From positions 1-31,309 of the forward strand of contig JBGQHJ010000043.1 in the NCBI GenBank assembly GCA_041497895.1: 31,309 bases of DNA. Direction: 5' to 3'. A program made the translations under genes and the position numbers. The DNA comes from Candidatus Methylomirabilia bacterium. GTDB lineage: Bacteria; Methylomirabilota; Methylomirabilia; Rokubacteriales; CSP1-6. Shown piece after piece: positions 27,410-31,309 of this stretch (positions within the stretch are counted from its first letter, which is position 1; each line of letters begins with the position of its first letter). The notes below the pieces were generated by a model that was not told the origin of the DNA, ran no database searches, and saw only the letters and a program-made list of their open reading frames with translations.

Positions 27410-29071
27410 GTGGTCCACGACGTGACGCTGCTCCGCGACATCGCGCTCGGCATCATCTTCGCCGCGGTGCTGGGTCACGCCGCCCGCCTCCTCCGCCAGC
27501 CGCTGCTCCTCGGCTACATCGCGGGCGGCATCCTGCTCAGCTCCCAGATGGGCTTCGGCCTCGTCACCGACCCCCAGAGCATCGAGCTGATCTCCGAGAT
27601 CGGCCTCATCCTGCTCCTGTTCATCATCGGGCTCGAGATCGACCTCCGCGAGCTCGAGCGCCTCGGCCGCTCGATGCTGGCCCTCGGGGTCGGCCAGTTC
27701 GTCGTCAACGCGCTGCTCGGGGTCGCCTTCTTCTCCTGGTTGGGTTACCGGGTGGGGGACGGCCGCTTCGACCTCGTCTACCTCGCGATCGTGATCTCGC
27801 TCAGCTCGACCCTGATCGTGGTCAAGCTCCTGCGCGAGAAATTCGAGCTCAAGATCCTCTCCGGGCGGCTCACCCTGGGCGTGCTGGTGGTGCAGGACAT
27901 CTGGGCCATCCTCTTCATGGCGGTGCAGCCGAGCCTGGCCGAGCCGGGCGTCGTGCGCATCGCCCAGTCCATCGCGGGGGGCGGCGTGCTCGTCGGGGTG
28001 GCCTTCCTGGCGAGCCGGTTCATCCTGGCCCCGCTGCTCGAGATCTCGGCGAGCCGGCCGGAGCTGGTGCTGATCTCCTCGGTCGCGTGGTGCTTCGGCA
28101 TCGCGGGCTTCGCGGACCAGCTCGGCCTGTCGCGGGAGATGGGGGCCCTGATCGCGGGGGTGAGCATCTCGGCCTTCCCCTACGGATCCGACGTGATCTC
28201 CAAGGTCACCGGGGTGCGCGACTTCTTCGTCACCCTGTTCTTCGTGGCCCTCGGCATGAAGGTGCCCATCCCGACCGGCGACGTGCTCGGCCAGGCGGTC
28301 CTGATCGTGCTCTTCGTGCTGGTGAGCCGGCTGGTGTCGGTGGTTCCCACCGCACGGCTCCTGGGCGACGGCCTCTACGCGGGGACGGTGACCGCGCTCA
28401 ACCTGGCCCAGATCAGCGAGTTCTCCCTCGTCATCCTGACCCTCGGAGCCGGGTACGGCCACGTGTCGGAGCGGGCGAGCGCGGTGGTCCTCACCGCGAT
28501 GATCCTGACCTCGCTCCTCGCCCCGTACCTGATCACCTGGAACGACCGCATCGCCCGCCTGCTCGTGCGGCCCTTCGGGCGCGGGGTCGCGGTGGCGGCG
28601 CCCGTCCCGCGTGAGGTGCGGGGGGCTCCCGAGATCGTGCTGCTCGGGCATTTCCGGATCGCGCAGGCCGTGCTCGACCTCGTGGAGGCGCAGGCTCCCG
28701 ACATGAAGGCGCGCATCACCCTGATCGACTACGACGCCAACCGCGCCCACGGGGTGATCGCGCGGGGCTTCCGGTGGGAGTATGGCGACCTCGCCAACCC
28801 CGACGCGCTCGAGCACCTGGGTATCCAGGAGGCGCGCGTGGTGGTGACGACGATCTCGGATACGTTCCTCAAGGGCATCAGTACCCGGCGGTTGGTCGGA
28901 AACCTGCGGCGGCTGGCCCCACGCGCGGTCATCGTGATGACCGGCGAGGAGAAGACCGACGCGGTCGACCTGCTGCGCGCGGGCGCCGACCACGTGCTGA
29001 TCCCCGGGGAGATCACCGGAGAGCGAATCCTCCAGCTCCTGACCGAGGACAAGCCCCCCGACCGGCGGTGA
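27410..29071 (+). CDS. Cation:proton antiporter (CPA2, Kef-like) with C-terminal RCK/TrkA-N-like domain
   Basis: [40 protein letters not shown]...AGADHV. Confidence 0.92.
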   Translation: MVHDVTLLRDIALGIIFAAVLGHAARLLRQPLLLGYIAGGILLSSQMGFGLVTDPQSIELISEIGLILLLFIIGLEIDLRELERLGRSMLALGVGQFVVNALLGVAFFSWLGYRVGDGRFDLVYLAIVISLSSTLIVVKLLREKFELKILSGRLTLGVLVVQDIWAILFMAVQPSLAEPGVVRIAQSIAGGGVLVGVAFLASRFILAPLLEISASRPELVLISSVAWCFGIAGFADQLGLSREMGALIAGVSISAFPYGSDVISKVTGVRDFFVTLFFVALGMKVPIPTGDVLGQAVLIVLFVLVSRLVSVVPTARLLGDGLYAGTVTALNLAQISEFSLVILTLGAGYGHVSERASAVVLTAMILTSLLAPYLITWNDRIARLLVRPFGRGVAVAAPVPREVRGAPEIVLLGHFRIAQAVLDLVEAQAPDMKARITLIDYDANRAHGVIARGFRWEYGDLANPDALEHLGIQEARVVVTTISDTFLKGISTRRLVGNLRRLAPRAVIVMTGEEKTDAVDLLRAGADHVLIPGEITGERILQLLTEDKPPDRR

Positions 29072-29090
29072 GGCGCGGGGCCGGCTCCGG

Positions 29091-29765
29091 CTAGGCGCGG
29101 CCCGGCCGAAGGGGCGGCCCGCCCCACCGTTCGAGCATCGAAAACTCCTCCACCGGCTTGCGCTTGAGCCGGGTGAGGCGCTTCACCGGGCGCCCGAGCG
29201 GCATCACCGCGGCGAGCGCCACGTGCGAGGGCAATCCGAGCAACGCCTGTACCGCGGGCTCCCGGGCGGCGGCCAGGGTGGTGATGGTGCCGGCGTAGCC
29301 CTCGTGGCGCGCGGCGAGCAGGATGTTCCACGCGAACGGGTAGATCGACGCACCGCTGATCACGCCGACGCGCTCGAGCTCGGAGTCCATGGAGGCCACC
29401 ACCTTGAGGTCCACCCCGATCACCAGCACCACCGCGGCCTTGAGCACCGGCTCGATCAGGCGCGCCGGTGGCGGGGTCCGCTCGATGGTCGCCGCGTCCA
29501 CCCGGGTGCGGTCGATGGTGTTCCACGGGCTCTCGCCGACCTGCACCTGGGCCGCGTAGCGCTTGGCCGCGGGCTCGGTGGCGGCGGCCAGGCCCTCGCG
29601 GGTCTTGCGGTCGCGCACCACGATCACCTTCCAGCCCTGGCGGTTGCCGCCGCTCGGGGCGAAGCGCGCGCGGTCGAGGATCTTGAACAGGGTCTCGTCG
29701 GGCAGCGGCTCGTCGGTGAAGTCGCGGCCCGAGAACGTGGTGGTCATCACGTCGTAGAGCTCCAT
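29091..29765 (-). CDS. Nitroreductase family protein
   Basis: [31 protein letters not shown]. Confidence 0.9.
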   Translation of the reverse strand: MELYDVMTTTFSGRDFTDEPLPDETLFKILDRARFAPSGGNRQGWKVIVVRDRKTREGLAAATEPAAKRYAAQVQVGESPWNTIDRTRVDAATIERTPPPARLIEPVLKAAVVLVIGVDLKVVASMDSELERVGVISGASIYPFAWNILLAARHEGYAGTITTLAAAREPAVQALLGLPSHVALAAVMPLGRPVKRLTRLKRKPVEEFSMLERWGGPPLRPGRA

Positions 29766-29766
29766 G

Positions 29767-29805
29767 GGTGGACCCTCCTGAAGGTGGACTGGGCTGAAGG
29801 TGGAC
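29767..29805. repeat. GGTGGAC x3 at an exact 16-bp period (CTGAAGGTGGAC x2)
   Basis: Copies at 29767, 29783 and 29799. Confidence 0.8.
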
Positions 29806-29851
29806 CGGCGAGGGGTGAATATACACCGCCAACGGCGGTATAGTACGCGCC

Positions 29852-31066
29852 ATGACCACCACCCCCTTCCCGACCTCGTCACTCTCCCTCGACGGCATTC
29901 GTGTCATCGATCTCTCGCGCGTCATCGCCGGGCCCTGGTGCGGGGCGCTGCTGGCCGACCTGGGCGCCGATGTCATCAAGGTGGAGGACACCGGCCCCGG
30001 CGACGAGTCGCGCACCTGGCCGCCCCACAAGGACGGCGAGGCCGCCGCGTACCTGCTCTTCAACCGGAACAAGCGCGGCATCGCGCTCGATCTGAAGACG
30101 CCGGAGGCGGTGGAGGTGGTCAAGCGGCTGGTGAAGGACGCCGACGTGGTCATCGAGAACTTCCGCACCGGCACCATGGAGTCTTTCGGCCTGGGCTACG
30201 ACGTGCTGTCGCAGATCAACCCGCGGCTCATCTACTGCTCGGTGTCCGCCTTCGGACGCACCGGGCCGCGCAAGGACAGCCCGGGGTACGAGGCGCTGAT
30301 GCAGGCCTTCAGCGGCATCATGTCCATCACCGGCGAGCCGGGCGGCCAGCCGGTGCGGGCGGGGGTGTCGTTCCTCGACCTGACGACCGGCATCCTGTGC
30401 GCGCTCGGCGTCTCCAACGCGATCATCCAGCGCGGGCGCACCGGCCTGGGCCAGCGGGTGGACGGCTCGCTCCTCGAGACCGCGGTGAGCCTGCTCGCCT
30501 TCCACGCCGAGGGCTACCTGCTCACCGGCGCGCTGCCGCGGGCGCTCGGGTCCGGGCACCCGTCGCTCTCGCCGTATCGCAACTTCAAGTGCCGCGACGG
30601 GCAGTGGATCTTCATCGCGGCGGCCAACGACCGCTTCTGGCAGAAGCTCGCGAAGGCGCTCGGGCTCAGCGACCTGGCCGCCGACCCGCGCTTCGGGAAG
30701 AACCAGGGGCGGGTGGCGAATCGCGGGGAGCTGGAGGGCGTTCTCGAGCGGACCATCGGCGATCTCGACCGCGAGCCGCTGCTCAAGCGCCTGGAGGAGG
30801 CCGACGTGCCGGCCACCCCGGTCAACACGGTCGACCAGGTGATGAACGATCCGCAGACCGCGGAGCGCGGCATCGTGCAGCGGGTGACCCATCCCAAGCT
30901 GGGCGAGATCCCGGTCGTCGGCACCCCGCTCCACTTCTCGCGCATGTCCCCCGGCGTCCGCCGCGCCGCCCCCCTCCGCGGCGAGCACACCGATACCATC
31001 CTGGCCGACCTCGGCTACACGGCCGCGGAGATCGAGAATCTCCGCGAGAAGAAGGCCACCGCCTAG
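29852..31066 (+). CDS. Class III CoA-transferase (CaiB/BaiF family)
   Basis: LDGIRVIDLS, ADLGADVIKVE, NRNKR, ENFR, catalytic Asp in SFLDLTTG. Confidence 0.95.
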   Translation: MTTTPFPTSSLSLDGIRVIDLSRVIAGPWCGALLADLGADVIKVEDTGPGDESRTWPPHKDGEAAAYLLFNRNKRGIALDLKTPEAVEVVKRLVKDADVVIENFRTGTMESFGLGYDVLSQINPRLIYCSVSAFGRTGPRKDSPGYEALMQAFSGIMSITGEPGGQPVRAGVSFLDLTTGILCALGVSNAIIQRGRTGLGQRVDGSLLETAVSLLAFHAEGYLLTGALPRALGSGHPSLSPYRNFKCRDGQWIFIAAANDRFWQKLAKALGLSDLAADPRFGKNQGRVANRGELEGVLERTIGDLDREPLLKRLEEADVPATPVNTVDQVMNDPQTAERGIVQRVTHPKLGEIPVVGTPLHFSRMSPGVRRAAPLRGEHTDTILADLGYTAAEIENLREKKATA

Positions 31067-31069
31067 ATC

Positions 31070-31154
31070 GGGGTCAGGTCTTACATCCCGACATTGTTCC
31101 AGCGCGGAGCGCGAACCTCGCGCGCGGAAATGTCGGAATGTAAGACCTGACCCC
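31070..31154. repeat. 85-bp MITE/REP-like element with 26-bp inverted repeats
   Basis: GGGGTCAGGTCTTACATCCCGACATT (31070-31095) and AATGTCGGAATGTAAGACCTGACCCC (31129-31154), 25/26 complementary. Confidence 0.85.
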
Positions 31155-31309
31155 TAGCCGAATTTGCGGGATTCTTCGCGACGGTAGGCGCGGAAGGCGA
31201 CGGCGAGGAACAGCGCGGTGTAGCCCGCGAGCCAGGCCAGGCTCACGGCCATCGGCTCGCTGCCGGCGCCGACCGCGCTCCAGGCGAGCTGGCCGTAGTG
31301 GTAGGCGGG
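31154..31309 (-). CDS. ABC-2 type permease, C-terminal fragment (gene starts beyond the window)
   Basis: PAYHYGQLAWSAVG...LAWLAGYTALFLAVAFRAYRREE, typical of ABC-2 permease C-termini. Confidence 0.7.
   Translation of the reverse strand, partial: PAYHYGQLAWSAVGAGSEPMAVSLAWLAGYTALFLAVAFRAYRREESRKFG

Overview
GC-rich bacterial DNA. The gene families suggest Candidatus Rokubacteria/Methylomirabilota, but that is an inference from memory and is unverified. Bases 1-~5161 are the right part of a lower-GC integrated element that ends inside a ketopantoate-reductase (panE/apbA-like) gene, of which only the 3' part follows the junction. The element encodes a small serine recombinase, two paralogous CxC-xn-C-xx-H microproteins, a broken primase-type zinc finger, a possible HEPN-like protein, and several small secreted or lipoproteins with paired cysteines. 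A second, decayed cluster at ~12.5-14.05 kb carries members of the same secreted families. The rest is ordinary metabolism: MetE-like catalytic domain, ABC transporter with MmgE/PrpD, cupin-LigA-LigB dioxygenase operon, CMD-family protein, histidine kinase, two LLM oxidoreductases, lytic transglycosylase, SDR, FadB-like enzyme, thioesterase, AKR, CPA2 antiporter, nitroreductase and CoA-transferase III. An 85-bp MITE/REP-like inverted repeat lies near the right end. All calls come from reading the sequence and recognising motifs; no searches were run.
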